Source: Acidimicrobiia bacterium (GTDB lineage: Bacteria; Actinomycetota; Acidimicrobiia; Spongiisociales; ZC4RG35). From it: 64,000 nt of DNA. Numbering within the stretch: the first letter of the stretch is position 1; each line of letters starts with the position of its first letter. Location of the stretch: contig JBGTCK010000062.1 of NCBI GenBank assembly GCA_041748855.1, positions 7,672 to 71,671 of the forward strand. The letters run 5' to 3'. Under the pieces are notes generated by a model. That model was not told where the DNA came from. It made no database searches and saw only the letters and a program-made list of their open reading frames with translations. A program made the position numbers and the translations under genes. Shown here in pieces: positions 19,368 to 28,939 of this stretch.

Positions 19368-19391
19368 ACCGTGTGGCGTTAACAGGCGTAG
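19366..19391 (+). promoter_or_regulatory. Putative ECF sigma promoter GAACC-N16-CGTAG for the anti-sigma gene
   Basis: GAACC gtgtggcgttaacagg CGTAG, ending 12 nt before ATG 19404. Confidence 0.7.
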
Positions 19392-19403
19392 AACTGATGA
19401 GCA

Positions 19404-20036
19404 ATGAATAGAGATCGGGAAGCGGAGTACCTCGCCACCGGGGCCGGGGAGGCCCCGGCGAATCGAGAGAGCCTGGACGCAGCGCGCCAGATACTTACCA
19501 GCCCGGCAGCGTGGGGAGCCCCCCCGGATGCTGTCGCTGAGGAAGTGCTCGGGGAGATCCGAGCCCGGACCAACCCGTTCCAGGAGACCCGCCGTCGGAT
19601 CTCGCCGATACGCCTGCTTGCAGCGGCGATGACCATGGGCGTGATCTTGTTGGTGACCGTCTTTGGCCTGGGATCGCTGCGCGATGACAGCAGGGTCGAT
19701 CTGGCGGGCACCGATCTCCAGCCATCTGCCACCGGCACAGCATGGCTCGAGTCCACCGACGCCGGCTGGTCGATCCTGATCGACCTCGACGGCCTCCCCC
19801 CCGCCGAGGACGGTTACTACTACGAAGGCTGGGTCTGGAGTGACGACGGTGATGGTGTCAGTATCGGGACCTTCCATCTCAGGAATGGGTCCGAGAGGCT
19901 CAACCTCTGGTCGGGCGTGGATGTCGTCAGCTACCCGTCGATCTGGATCAGCCTCCAGGCAGAGGGTGGCGGCCCGGGTGTTTCCGAGGAGATCGTGATG
20001 CGCGGCCGACTCGCTCGCGGCGACGAGAACGGGTAA
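19404..20036 (+). CDS. Anti-sigma factor (RskA-like)
   Basis: Single TM helix; GLPP..YYEGW, SIGTF; lies downstream of the ECF sigma gene. Confidence 0.8.
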   Translation: MNRDREAEYLATGAGEAPANRESLDAARQILTSPAAWGAPPDAVAEEVLGEIRARTNPFQETRRRISPIRLLAAAMTMGVILLVTVFGLGSLRDDSRVDLAGTDLQPSATGTAWLESTDAGWSILIDLDGLPPAEDGYYYEGWVWSDDGDGVSIGTFHLRNGSERLNLWSGVDVVSYPSIWISLQAEGGGPGVSEEIVMRGRLARGDENG

Positions 20037-20054
20037 CCCGAGCCTGGATGCGTC

Positions 20055-20082
20055 TTGACTTTCGACCGCCAGCCCGTACCAT
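20055..20082 (+). promoter_or_regulatory. Housekeeping-type promoter TTGACT-N16-TACCAT
   Basis: Ends 9 nt upstream of the poly-Cys leader ATG. Confidence 0.55.
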
Positions 20083-20091
20083 TCGTCGCAG

Positions 20092-20151
20092 ATGACACGT
20101 CGTTTCTCGCTCTGCGCCTGCACTTGTTGTGCGGCCGCGCCGTGCGGGTGA
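20092..20151 (+). CDS. Cys-rich leader peptide MTRRFSLCACTCCAAAPCG (19 aa)
   Basis: Hand-translated; 5 Cys codons; directly upstream of a cysteine synthase gene. Confidence 0.85.
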   Translation: MTRRFSLCACTCCAAAPCG

Positions 20152-20184
20152 TGACGAACTAACCACAAGCTGATTCGACACCAC

Positions 20185-20215
20185 GCCCGCAACGGTTACC
20201 CGCTGCGGGTTTTTC
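20185..20215 (+). terminator. Attenuator terminator hairpin
   Basis: GCCCGCA...TGCGGGT followed by a T run. The 5' arm can alternatively pair with TGCGGG (20143-20148) at the end of the leader. Confidence 0.7.
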
Positions 20216-20236
20216 TATGCCCTGAGGACCCTTCAC

Positions 20237-21226
20237 GTGACGACATTTGCCAGAACACAACTCGACTCTGACCGATCATTGCGGCGTTACGACGACGTGC
20301 GCGGCCTGCTGCCCGATGTCGCAAACCCTTCGCCGATAGTGCGGCTCAACCACGTCGCTCCCGCCGACAGGACCGAGACCTATCTCAAGCTCGAGTGGCT
20401 CAACCCGTTCGGGTCGGTGAAGGACCGAACGGCCTCGTACCTCCTCGCCGGGCTGGCAGAACGTGGTGAGCTGGATGGCAAGGAGATCGTCGAGGCTTCG
20501 TCGGGTAACACCGCGATCGCCCTCGCCGCGCTGGCGGCGCTCGCCGGGACCAGGCTGACAGCCGCCATCCCCGACGGGGTGCCAGACGAGAAGAAGATCA
20601 TCCTGAGGATGCTCGGCGCCGAAGTCTGGGAGACCCCCGACGACCTCTGCCCGATCGATCACCCTAAAGACGGCGCCATCGCCCTGGCTCGGTCGCTGGC
20701 TGCATCGGAGGGAGGCAATAGGTTCGTGGCCACCGAGCAATACGAAAACGCGGACAACATCCGCGCCCACTACGAGACGACAGGGCCGGAGGTGTGGGCA
20801 CAGACCGAAGGCCGGGTCGATTGGTTCATCGCCGGCTACGGCACCACCGGCACCCTCGTCGGCGCCGGGAAGTACTTGAAGGAGCGCAATCCGGACGTAC
20901 GCATCGTCGGGGTCGAACCGGAGCCCGGCCACAGGCTCCCTGGCCTGAAGAGCTTCAAAGAGGCGAAGGTGCCGGGTCTGTTGGACACCGAACTTGTCGA
21001 CCACTCATTGGTGGTCGGTGACGAGGACGCCTACCGGGTCACAAAGGACTTGTGGCGTCAGGAAGCGCTGATGGTCGGCCCGTCCACCGGTGCCGTGGTC
21101 CATGCCGCCACGCTGATCGATGCCGCGCCCGACGATGTGATCGTCGCCATCTCTGCCGATTCCGGAATCAAATACACCAGCTACTTCGGGGAAATCCTCG
21201 GAGACGAAGGGACACCAGCAATATGA
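20237..21226 (+). CDS. PLP-dependent cysteine synthase family protein (CysK/CysM-like)
   Basis: KLEWLNPFGSVKDR, SSGNT, HYETTGPE, GYGTTGT, GPSTG. Confidence 0.9.
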   Translation: MTTFARTQLDSDRSLRRYDDVRGLLPDVANPSPIVRLNHVAPADRTETYLKLEWLNPFGSVKDRTASYLLAGLAERGELDGKEIVEASSGNTAIALAALAALAGTRLTAAIPDGVPDEKKIILRMLGAEVWETPDDLCPIDHPKDGAIALARSLAASEGGNRFVATEQYENADNIRAHYETTGPEVWAQTEGRVDWFIAGYGTTGTLVGAGKYLKERNPDVRIVGVEPEPGHRLPGLKSFKEAKVPGLLDTELVDHSLVVGDEDAYRVTKDLWRQEALMVGPSTGAVVHAATLIDAAPDDVIVAISADSGIKYTSYFGEILGDEGTPAI

Positions 21227-21489
21227 CCGAGACAACAACCGACATCCCAACGACCGTGGAAGCGACCGACCTGGACTGCTCCGGATTGCTCTGCCCCCTC
21301 CCGGTTTACAAAGCAGCATTGGTGCTGAACAAGCTCGAGGATGGTGCGGTTTTGCGTCTGGTGACTACAGACCCCGGAGCGCTCAGGGACATTCCGGCCA
21401 TGGCCCGCCAGCGCGGCGACACCCTCGTCGAAGTAATCGAAGAGGGCGCCAAGCAGGTATTCGTGCTGAAGAAGGGGAGTTCAGAATGA
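21223..21489 (+). CDS. tusA: TusA-family sulfur carrier
   Basis: LDCSGLLCPLPV (CPxP), TDPGALRDI; ATGA overlap with the upstream gene. Confidence 0.88.
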   Translation: MTETTTDIPTTVEATDLDCSGLLCPLPVYKAALVLNKLEDGAVLRLVTTDPGALRDIPAMARQRGDTLVEVIEEGAKQVFVLKKGSSE

Positions 21490-22010
21490 CCCAGACAGCA
21501 ACGCCACTACCGGTCGAAGACCTGAAGGCACGCGAGCCGGCGCCGCGGAAGAAGCGGATCGCGTTGGTGGCATCTAAGGGCACCCTCGACCAAGCGTACC
21601 CTCCCTTGATCCTGGCATCGACTGCCGTGAGCATGGGATGGGAGGCTGGGATCTATTTCACCTTCTACGGGCTCGACATCCTTCACAAGGATCGCTTCGA
21701 GAAGTTGAAGGTGGCCTCGCTGGCCAATCCGTCGGGGCCGATCCAGCTGCCCAATGTGCTCGGGGCGATTCCCGGTGCCACTGCAGCTGCAACCAGGGTG
21801 ATGCGCAAGTGGATGTCGGATGCGAGGATGCCGAGCGTGCCCGAGTTCCTTCAGATGAACCGCGAGCTCGGGGTCGAGTTCTTTGCCTGCGCCACAACTA
21901 TGGGAGTGATGGGGGTCGAGGAGAAGGACCTGATCGACGGCTCGGACATCGCCGGAGCTGCTGCCTTCCTCGACTACGCAGCGGAAGCGGACATCTCGAT
22001 GTTCGTGTGA
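21486..22010 (+). CDS. DsrE/DsrF/DrsH-like (DsrE2-type) sulfur relay protein
   Basis: SKGTLD.AYPPLIL, YFTFYGL, FACATTMGVMG; ATGA overlap with tusA. Confidence 0.88.
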   Translation: MTQTATPLPVEDLKAREPAPRKKRIALVASKGTLDQAYPPLILASTAVSMGWEAGIYFTFYGLDILHKDRFEKLKVASLANPSGPIQLPNVLGAIPGATAAATRVMRKWMSDARMPSVPEFLQMNRELGVEFFACATTMGVMGVEEKDLIDGSDIAGAAAFLDYAAEADISMFV

Positions 22011-22213
22011 AGTCGCCCGTCAGGAGCCGCTAGCAACTGGCCACGATCCTGGCGATCCCGATACTGCGCGACCGCACCAGCCTCCTCGTCGCCAACTCCA
22101 GGGGCCATTGGAGTGCTGGCTGACGGGGAAGTGGCCGGGGCGGTCGCGCGATTTCTGCTCGGAGTCGATGCCCCCCAGAGCGTCTCCGACCAGTGCTGAG
22201 CCCTGAGCAGGCA

Positions 22214-22858
22214 CTACCCGGGAAGGGCTCGTTTGATGGCTTTGGCCACCAGATTGGAGTTTCCTTCAGAAACTCCCTTTGTGAGGCGGTGAACCAGCGA
22301 CCTGCGCTGTCGGCGCTGTCGTTCTGAGTTCTGATGAGGGTACGGAGTCGATGGCACCGGCTTTCCGAGAAAGTCACAGAGCGCGGACCAACCATCGTCG
22401 TCTCCAGCTCTGAGGGTCATGAAATCGTCAGGTCTCTCGGCAAAGTAGGAAGCCACGCTGCGGTTGTGGCGCTCGTACACCTCGAGGTACCGACTCTCGT
22501 TGCCCCTGGGGTCTCCAACCCCGTAGATCCACTCCCGCATCGGGGTCGAGGTGCCCCCGAAATGGTTTACCACGCTCCGGATCCAGTCGTCGGAATCGCG
22601 CAGGGTGAGCACGAACTTCGACCCCGGGTAGGCAGCATCGATCTCGCGATACAAGAAAGGCCACGGGTTGTCCTGTGCGGCGTCGAATTCCTCGATGGTT
22701 GTCAAGGCATGCTTGAGAGTCGTGTCGGGGGCTTGGCGCTCGTTGACTCCGAATGGTCCTGTGACCCGGTACCCGAGCGTGCGGAGGGCGTTTGCGAACG
22801 ATTTGGTGCCGGTCTTGTGCATCCCGACTCCGAGGATCTTGCCTGTTGGTTGGCTCAT
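22214..22858 (-). CDS. Sulfotransferase family protein
   Basis: GVGMHKTGTKS, KFVLTLRD..W.RS, GWSALCDFLG..P.PH.N. Confidence 0.85.
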   Translation of the reverse strand: MSQPTGKILGVGMHKTGTKSFANALRTLGYRVTGPFGVNERQAPDTTLKHALTTIEEFDAAQDNPWPFLYREIDAAYPGSKFVLTLRDSDDWIRSVVNHFGGTSTPMREWIYGVGDPRGNESRYLEVYERHNRSVASYFAERPDDFMTLRAGDDDGWSALCDFLGKPVPSTPYPHQNSERQRRQRRSLVHRLTKGVSEGNSNLVAKAIKRALPG

Positions 22859-22934
22859 GGCCCGCACCATGGCGCCCCCCGGTGAACGGCTCCGGAACCT
22901 CGCGCCAAATCGGCATGAATGTTGGAAGAACTCT

Positions 22935-22951
22935 ATGTTAGTGACTAACAT
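22935..22951. promoter_or_regulatory. TetR operator ATGTTAGT-G-ACTAACAT
   Basis: Perfect 8-1-8 palindrome 6 nt upstream of the TetR ATG. Confidence 0.75.
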
Positions 22952-22957
22952 CAACGG

Positions 22958-23506
22958 ATGCCTAGAGCGAAGACGACCTACGACCGGCTTCAGGATACCG
23001 CCCTCAGCCTCTTCGAAGAGTACGGATATGACAACGTGACGGTTGAGCAGATCGCTTCGGCTGCTGGAGTCAGCCACATGACCTTCTTTCGCCACTTTCC
23101 CACAAAGGATTCGGTGGTGGTATCCGATCCCTACGACCCGCTGATCGCTGAGGCGGTCTCCCTCCAGCCGCAGTACTTGAGCGCGCTAGAGCGGGTGAGA
23201 AGGGGACTGATCGAAGTGTCGACAGCGATGGGAGACTCCATCGACGGGACAACACGTTCACGGATCAGAATCGGCGTTTCCCACCCCAAGCTGCGCGCTG
23301 CGATGTGGGAGAACAACGGCGTGACCGAGGACCTCCTGGCATCTGCCCTCATCGAGTCGGGCGAGTCAGAGTTCGAGGCACGGGTGGTGGTTGGAGCGTG
23401 CCTGGGAGCGGCGATGGCAGCTCTGGTCGATTGGGCAGAAGACGACTCGGGTCAGTCGCTCGGCGTCAGGATCAAGCGGGCCCTCGACTTCTTGGGGTGG
23501 GAATGA
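22958..23506 (+). CDS. TetR-family regulator
   Basis: TVEQIASAAGVSHMTFFRHFPTKD. Confidence 0.92.
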   Translation: MPRAKTTYDRLQDTALSLFEEYGYDNVTVEQIASAAGVSHMTFFRHFPTKDSVVVSDPYDPLIAEAVSLQPQYLSALERVRRGLIEVSTAMGDSIDGTTRSRIRIGVSHPKLRAAMWENNGVTEDLLASALIESGESEFEARVVVGACLGAAMAALVDWAEDDSGQSLGVRIKRALDFLGWE

Positions 23507-24243
23507 TGTCAATTGTGGCCGAGTCCCTCACACGTTCCTACCGCGAAGACCTTGCAGTCGACCAACTGGACCTCGAAGTCGGCTCGGGGGAAATCCACGC
23601 GATCGTTGGACTGAACGGGGCGGGCAAAACAACCCTGATGCGGATGCTGGTGGGGATGGTCAAGCCCGACTCAGGTCGAGCGCTGCTTGACGGTGTGGAC
23701 GTGGCCGCAGCCGTGCCCTCGACATGGGCCGACGTAGGCCACATGATCGAAACTCCATTTGGCTACCCGGAGCTGACGGTTGTCGAGAATGTCAATGCTG
23801 CGGCACGGCTCCGTGGAGTACCAACCGTTGACCTCACCGCATCGACTACTGCGGTCATTGAGCGATTCGAATTGGGCAGGTGGGCGGCTCACCGCGCCCG
23901 CGCTCTTTCGATGGGGAACCGGCAGCGTTTGGGGCTGGCGTGTGCGTTGGTGCACCGCCCGCGAGTCATCATTCTCGATGAGCCCTCAAACTCATTGGAT
24001 CCGGCCGGTGTTGTCCTCGTTCGGGATCTGATGCGTCAGGAGGCAAACACAAACGCGGCATCGATCCTGGTCTCGTCGCACCACCTCGATGAGCTCTCCA
24101 GAGTCGCGCACCGTATCACCGTGCTGCACCGAGGCCGGGTTATCGGACGAATCGATCCGGAGGGCATCGACCTGGAGCGACGGTTCTTCGAATTGGTCCA
24201 CAGAGCTGAAGCGGCGATCCGTACAGGTGATCTCAATGCGTGA
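23503..24243 (+). CDS. ABC transporter ATP-binding protein (BcrA/LanF-like)
   Basis: GLNGAGKT, LSMGNRQRL, LDEP, SSH; ATGA overlap with the TetR gene. Confidence 0.9.
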   Translation: MMSIVAESLTRSYREDLAVDQLDLEVGSGEIHAIVGLNGAGKTTLMRMLVGMVKPDSGRALLDGVDVAAAVPSTWADVGHMIETPFGYPELTVVENVNAAARLRGVPTVDLTASTTAVIERFELGRWAAHRARALSMGNRQRLGLACALVHRPRVIILDEPSNSLDPAGVVLVRDLMRQEANTNAASILVSSHHLDELSRVAHRITVLHRGRVIGRIDPEGIDLERRFFELVHRAEAAIRTGDLNA

Positions 24244-25000
24244 CGCCCTATCGGTTGAATTTCTCAAGCTGCGACGGTCCCCGGTAGCGCTCGTTGCCGG
24301 CTTGTTGATTGTCTTCTTGGTCCCGGTGATGTGTTTTGGTCTGGTCTCGGTTGTCGAAGGCTCGGGCGCCGGTCTACTCGCCGAAAAGGTGAGAGCGCTT
24401 GTCATCGGCTCGGGCTGGAGTGCATTCGGCGGTTTGCTCGACCAGCTGGCGGCAAGTGCTCTCTTTGTCGGAGTCAGCGTTGTGGTCGTCTGGTGTTTTG
24501 GACGCGAGTTCAGCGACCGAACGGTGGGATCACTCTTTGCCCTCCCCGTCTCGCGAGCGGGCGTCGCCGCGGCCAAGTTGATAGTGGTGATCGGCTGGTC
24601 GATCTTCGTCTCGGCGATGATGGTCGTCTTCGCAGCCGGATTGGGAGCGGTCGGGGGGATCGGGCCCTTGAACTCGACCGCCCGTGACGAGCTGGCGTCG
24701 GTGTTGGTGGTTGCGATCCTCACCTCGCTTCTTGCCTCGACACTGGCACTCCCGGCCAGTATCGGAAGGGGCTATCTCCCGGCCATCGGCGTGATGGTGA
24801 TGATCCTGATGACCGCGCAGTTCGCCGTCCTGTTCGAGGCGGGCGCCTGGTACCCGTATGCGGCTCCCGGCCTATGGGCGGTTGCCGGGGATCAGGGGGA
24901 TTCGGCAGTTACCGCCGCCCAACTGACGACTGCGCCTGTGCTGGCGGGTGTTGTGGGTGCGCTGACAGTGCGCTGGTGGCAACAGTTCGAACTGGTGTGA
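24236..25000 (+). CDS. ABC-2 type permease (LanE/G-like)
   Basis: EFLKLRRS, FGREFSDRT, six TM segments. Confidence 0.85.
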   Translation: MRDALSVEFLKLRRSPVALVAGLLIVFLVPVMCFGLVSVVEGSGAGLLAEKVRALVIGSGWSAFGGLLDQLAASALFVGVSVVVVWCFGREFSDRTVGSLFALPVSRAGVAAAKLIVVIGWSIFVSAMMVVFAAGLGAVGGIGPLNSTARDELASVLVVAILTSLLASTLALPASIGRGYLPAIGVMVMILMTAQFAVLFEAGAWYPYAAPGLWAVAGDQGDSAVTAAQLTTAPVLAGVVGALTVRWWQQFELV

Positions 25001-25237
25001 TCAGCCGGCTTGTTCGCTGCCGAGGCGGGCGAAGGGTGTTCTTGAGAATATGACCTCGACCGGGACTTCGAAGTAGTCGGCGATCTTCAGGGCGAGGTGG
25101 AGGCTCGGGCTGTACTCGCCCCGTTCCAGGTAGCCGATCGTCTGATAGTGAACACCTACCGCTTCGCTCAGTTCACGGCGGGAGATTCCCCGCTCAGCGC
25201 GGATCATTGCAATCCGGTTGTGGACCTGATCGGTCAC
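25001..25237 (-). CDS. XRE-family HTH regulator
   Basis: NRIAMIRAERG, VGVHYQTIGYLERGEYSPSL; GTGA overlap with the permease stop. Confidence 0.9.
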   Translation of the reverse strand: MTDQVHNRIAMIRAERGISRRELSEAVGVHYQTIGYLERGEYSPSLHLALKIADYFEVPVEVIFSRTPFARLGSEQAG

Positions 25238-26094
25238 CGGACCCACTGGGCGGCTTGGTCACGGGCCGCTTCGACCTGTGAGCCGGACTGCCGCTGCGCC
25301 ATTCTCCGGAGGACCCGGGGCGCGAGCGCCATCCCCGCTATCGCCCAGGCGGCGAGAACGAGAAGGGTCTCGGTCGAGCGCCAGGTTCCGCCGATCTCGA
25401 TCGTGGCGGCCACCTCCGGGAGGAAGGCAGACCGCATGCCGAGACCTAGCCAGTAGATGGGAAATGCCTGTGCCACCCATTGAACCCAGGTCCAAAGGAC
25501 CTGGATCGGGAAAAAGATCCCGGAAATTGCACTGAGGATCATCACCGGCAAGAAGCCCCACGTTCCCATCTTCTGAACACCGGGTACAACCGAGCCGAGG
25601 ATGATCCCGATCGGAAGCGTGGCGAGTAGACCGAGCAGAACGAACAATACGACCCGCACCCAGCCGGAGGCGCCATTCTGCATCAGGCCGTCGAACAGGA
25701 ATATCCCGGGAATCAGGATCACGGCGATGCTGGGGATGATGCTCGCCGAGTGGAGAACCACCTGGCCGGTCACGTATCCCGTGAGGCCGTGGGGCACTGC
25801 CTTGGCTCTGAGCAAGGTTCCATCTTCACGCTCCATGGCAAGCGAGTACCCGGGTCCGATTACGAGGCCGAAGGCGATCAAGGCGCCGAGGATGCTGGGC
25901 ATGGCGAAAGCGGGAAGCGACAGGCTGATACCTTCTGCTTCGATCGGGTTATTTCGGTTGAGCCAAAGGTATCCGAGGACTGCGAAGGACATGAAGAGGT
26001 AGAAACCCTGGTCCTGGGGACTCTTCAGGCTGAGCAAGAACTCGGTCCAGCCCCGGCTAATGCCAGTCCTGATTGCGTGTCTGGTCGGGTTCAC
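25234..26094 (-). CDS. ABC-2 type permease
   Basis: EREDGTLLR, ISGIFFP, FPIYW. Confidence 0.88.
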   Translation of the reverse strand: MNPTRHAIRTGISRGWTEFLLSLKSPQDQGFYLFMSFAVLGYLWLNRNNPIEAEGISLSLPAFAMPSILGALIAFGLVIGPGYSLAMEREDGTLLRAKAVPHGLTGYVTGQVVLHSASIIPSIAVILIPGIFLFDGLMQNGASGWVRVVLFVLLGLLATLPIGIILGSVVPGVQKMGTWGFLPVMILSAISGIFFPIQVLWTWVQWVAQAFPIYWLGLGMRSAFLPEVAATIEIGGTWRSTETLLVLAAWAIAGMALAPRVLRRMAQRQSGSQVEAARDQAAQWVR

Positions 26095-27017
26095 TCGGTA
26101 ACCTGCTCGAACGCAGAAAACGCCTTGGTCTGCATGCCGCCCTCGTGCTGCTGAACGAGGGTTATGTATGTGTCCTCGAGCGTGGCCCGTCGCACTTCGA
26201 GGTCGGTCACCCTATTGCCGTCTTGGCCGAATAGCTCTCTGACAAACCCGGTCGCGTCGGGAGTCGAATGTACGAACTGCTCTCCGTCAACGCTCCACCG
26301 CACCTGGCTTTCCCTCGTTATCTCCCGGGCTAGTTGGTCGGCACTTCCGTCGGCCACGATCCGGCCCGCCGCAAGGATGAGGATCCGGTCGGCGAGTTTC
26401 TCGGCTTCGTCGAGGTCGTGGGTGGTGAGAAGGATCGTCGTGTCCTCGAGGTCGGTGAGCCGGTGCACGAGATCGTGGAACTCCCGCCTCGCCTGAGGGT
26501 CGAAGCCGGCGGTGGGTTCGTCGAGGAAGAGCAGTTCCGGCCGACCGATGATCCCGACCGCCACGTCGAGCCGGCGTCGTTGGCCGCCTGAGAGAAGGCG
26601 GATCTTCTTATCTGCGCTCTCGTCCAACCCCACCATGTTGATCAGCTTCTCGACCTCGTGGGGCCGGGGCCGTTCTGCTGTCGAATACGGCTCGTAGTAC
26701 TCGCCGAGATGGGTGAGAAGCGCCCGGGGCGTCCAGCGCGCGTGGTCTCGCCAGGACTGAAGCACGACGCCGATCCGGGCTCGCCAATCTTCGCTCACAT
26801 CTGCGGGATCGGAGCCGAGCACCGACAGGGTTCCCGCCGAGCGCATCCGGAACCCTTCGAGGATCTCGATCGTGGTGGTCTTTCCGGCGCCATTTGGGCC
26901 GAGCAACGTGACCACTTCTCCCCGTTTCACCTGGAAGTTCACCCCGTCGAGAACGTCGTTGTCGCCGTAGCGCATCCGGAGGTCGCTGACCTCGATGACC
27001 GGGGTTCCGTTAGTCAT
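26091..27017 (-). CDS. ABC transporter ATP-binding protein
   Basis: GPNGAGKT, LSGGQRRR, LDEPT, TTH, LED. Confidence 0.92.
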   Translation of the reverse strand: MTNGTPVIEVSDLRMRYGDNDVLDGVNFQVKRGEVVTLLGPNGAGKTTTIEILEGFRMRSAGTLSVLGSDPADVSEDWRARIGVVLQSWRDHARWTPRALLTHLGEYYEPYSTAERPRPHEVEKLINMVGLDESADKKIRLLSGGQRRRLDVAVGIIGRPELLFLDEPTAGFDPQARREFHDLVHRLTDLEDTTILLTTHDLDEAEKLADRILILAAGRIVADGSADQLAREITRESQVRWSVDGEQFVHSTPDATGFVRELFGQDGNRVTDLEVRRATLEDTYITLVQQHEGGMQTKAFSAFEQVTE

Positions 27018-27026
27018 GGGAGTGCA

Positions 27027-27067
27027 AATGTACATGAGAGTAGTTCTGCTGTCAATAGCAGTACTAC
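27027..27067 (-). promoter_or_regulatory. Promoter TTGACA-N17-TACATT overlapped by an 11-6-11 inverted repeat (likely XRE operator)
   Basis: GTAGTTCTGCT-gtcaat-AGCAGTACTAC (27040-27067, 1 mismatch) straddles the -35 box (27050-27055). Confidence 0.7.
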
Positions 27068-27426
27068 TACACTAGTTAGTCGGAGTATGGTCAGGGCTGG
27101 CGTGCGGGAGGTTGATACCCGCTTGAAAGCTCGGAGCACCGCTACGGCACTTCAACTGAGAGCGAAGGGGCCCCGGAAATCGACTAAATGGATCGGAACC
27201 GACTTAAAGCATCCACTAGTTCGCGTTGGGGGTGTTTGGCGACATTTCTCGGTCTCGGGTTCCTTTTCATCGGGCCGCAACTGGTGATCGCGATTCTGGA
27301 GGTGTCGCCGGCCCTGGCGTGGACTCCACGATCAGGCTCCGTGAGTCTCCCGAGATATTCGGCCGCTGCTGGTAGTTTCGTCACCGCCGGGTGCAGCGGC
27401 ATACACCTGGCGCTGGCGAAAACCTC

Positions 27427-28542
<1,116 letters not shown>

Positions 28543-28939
28543 TACTCAAAGGATCTTGTTGCGCGACTGAATGTCTCGAAGAGATCGGTCCACGAACAGG
28601 AGTACCCGTCGGTGGTGATCACGGCCATCGGCAGCCGTCGTTCGATTCTTCTTCCCTCACGGACTCCACTTGTCGCCGCCATGGAGATCCTCCCTTTCCT
28701 CCGGCCCCCAAATCATAGGACGGGCCGCCGTAAAGCTACCCCGATGGGCCGACGCGGAAACACCGGATTAGAAACTCTGTCGCTGGCGGCGTCTGGCGCC
28801 GTGGCGCCGCGGAACTTCCAATCATACGATCCGGCATGATCTGTAAGTCAAAGTCGAGACTGCCCGGGTGGTCGGTATCGACGCTGAAGACTTCGTCGGC
28901 CTGGACACCCTGCGACGCCAGCTCGCCAGCCGAGGTGTG

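Noticed and set aside
18213-20192. 659-aa minus-strand ORF in the track
   Set aside because: Only the last 186 codons are the lipoprotein; the rest is antisense to the sigma and anti-sigma genes. Many other long overlapping ORFs are similar high-GC shadow frames.
22030-22200. Possible alpha/beta-hydrolase C-terminal relic (GH...GEVAGAVARFL)
   Set aside because: Needs a frameshift and the similarity is too weak to support by eye.
27188-27420. ORF with signal-peptide-like start (…SPALAWTP)
   Set aside because: Degenerates and runs antisense into the next gene. Counted only as a possible relic.
28730-28930. Coding-like minus-strand stretch (GELASQGVQADEVFSVDTDHPG)
   Set aside because: No start or RBS and no recognisable family.
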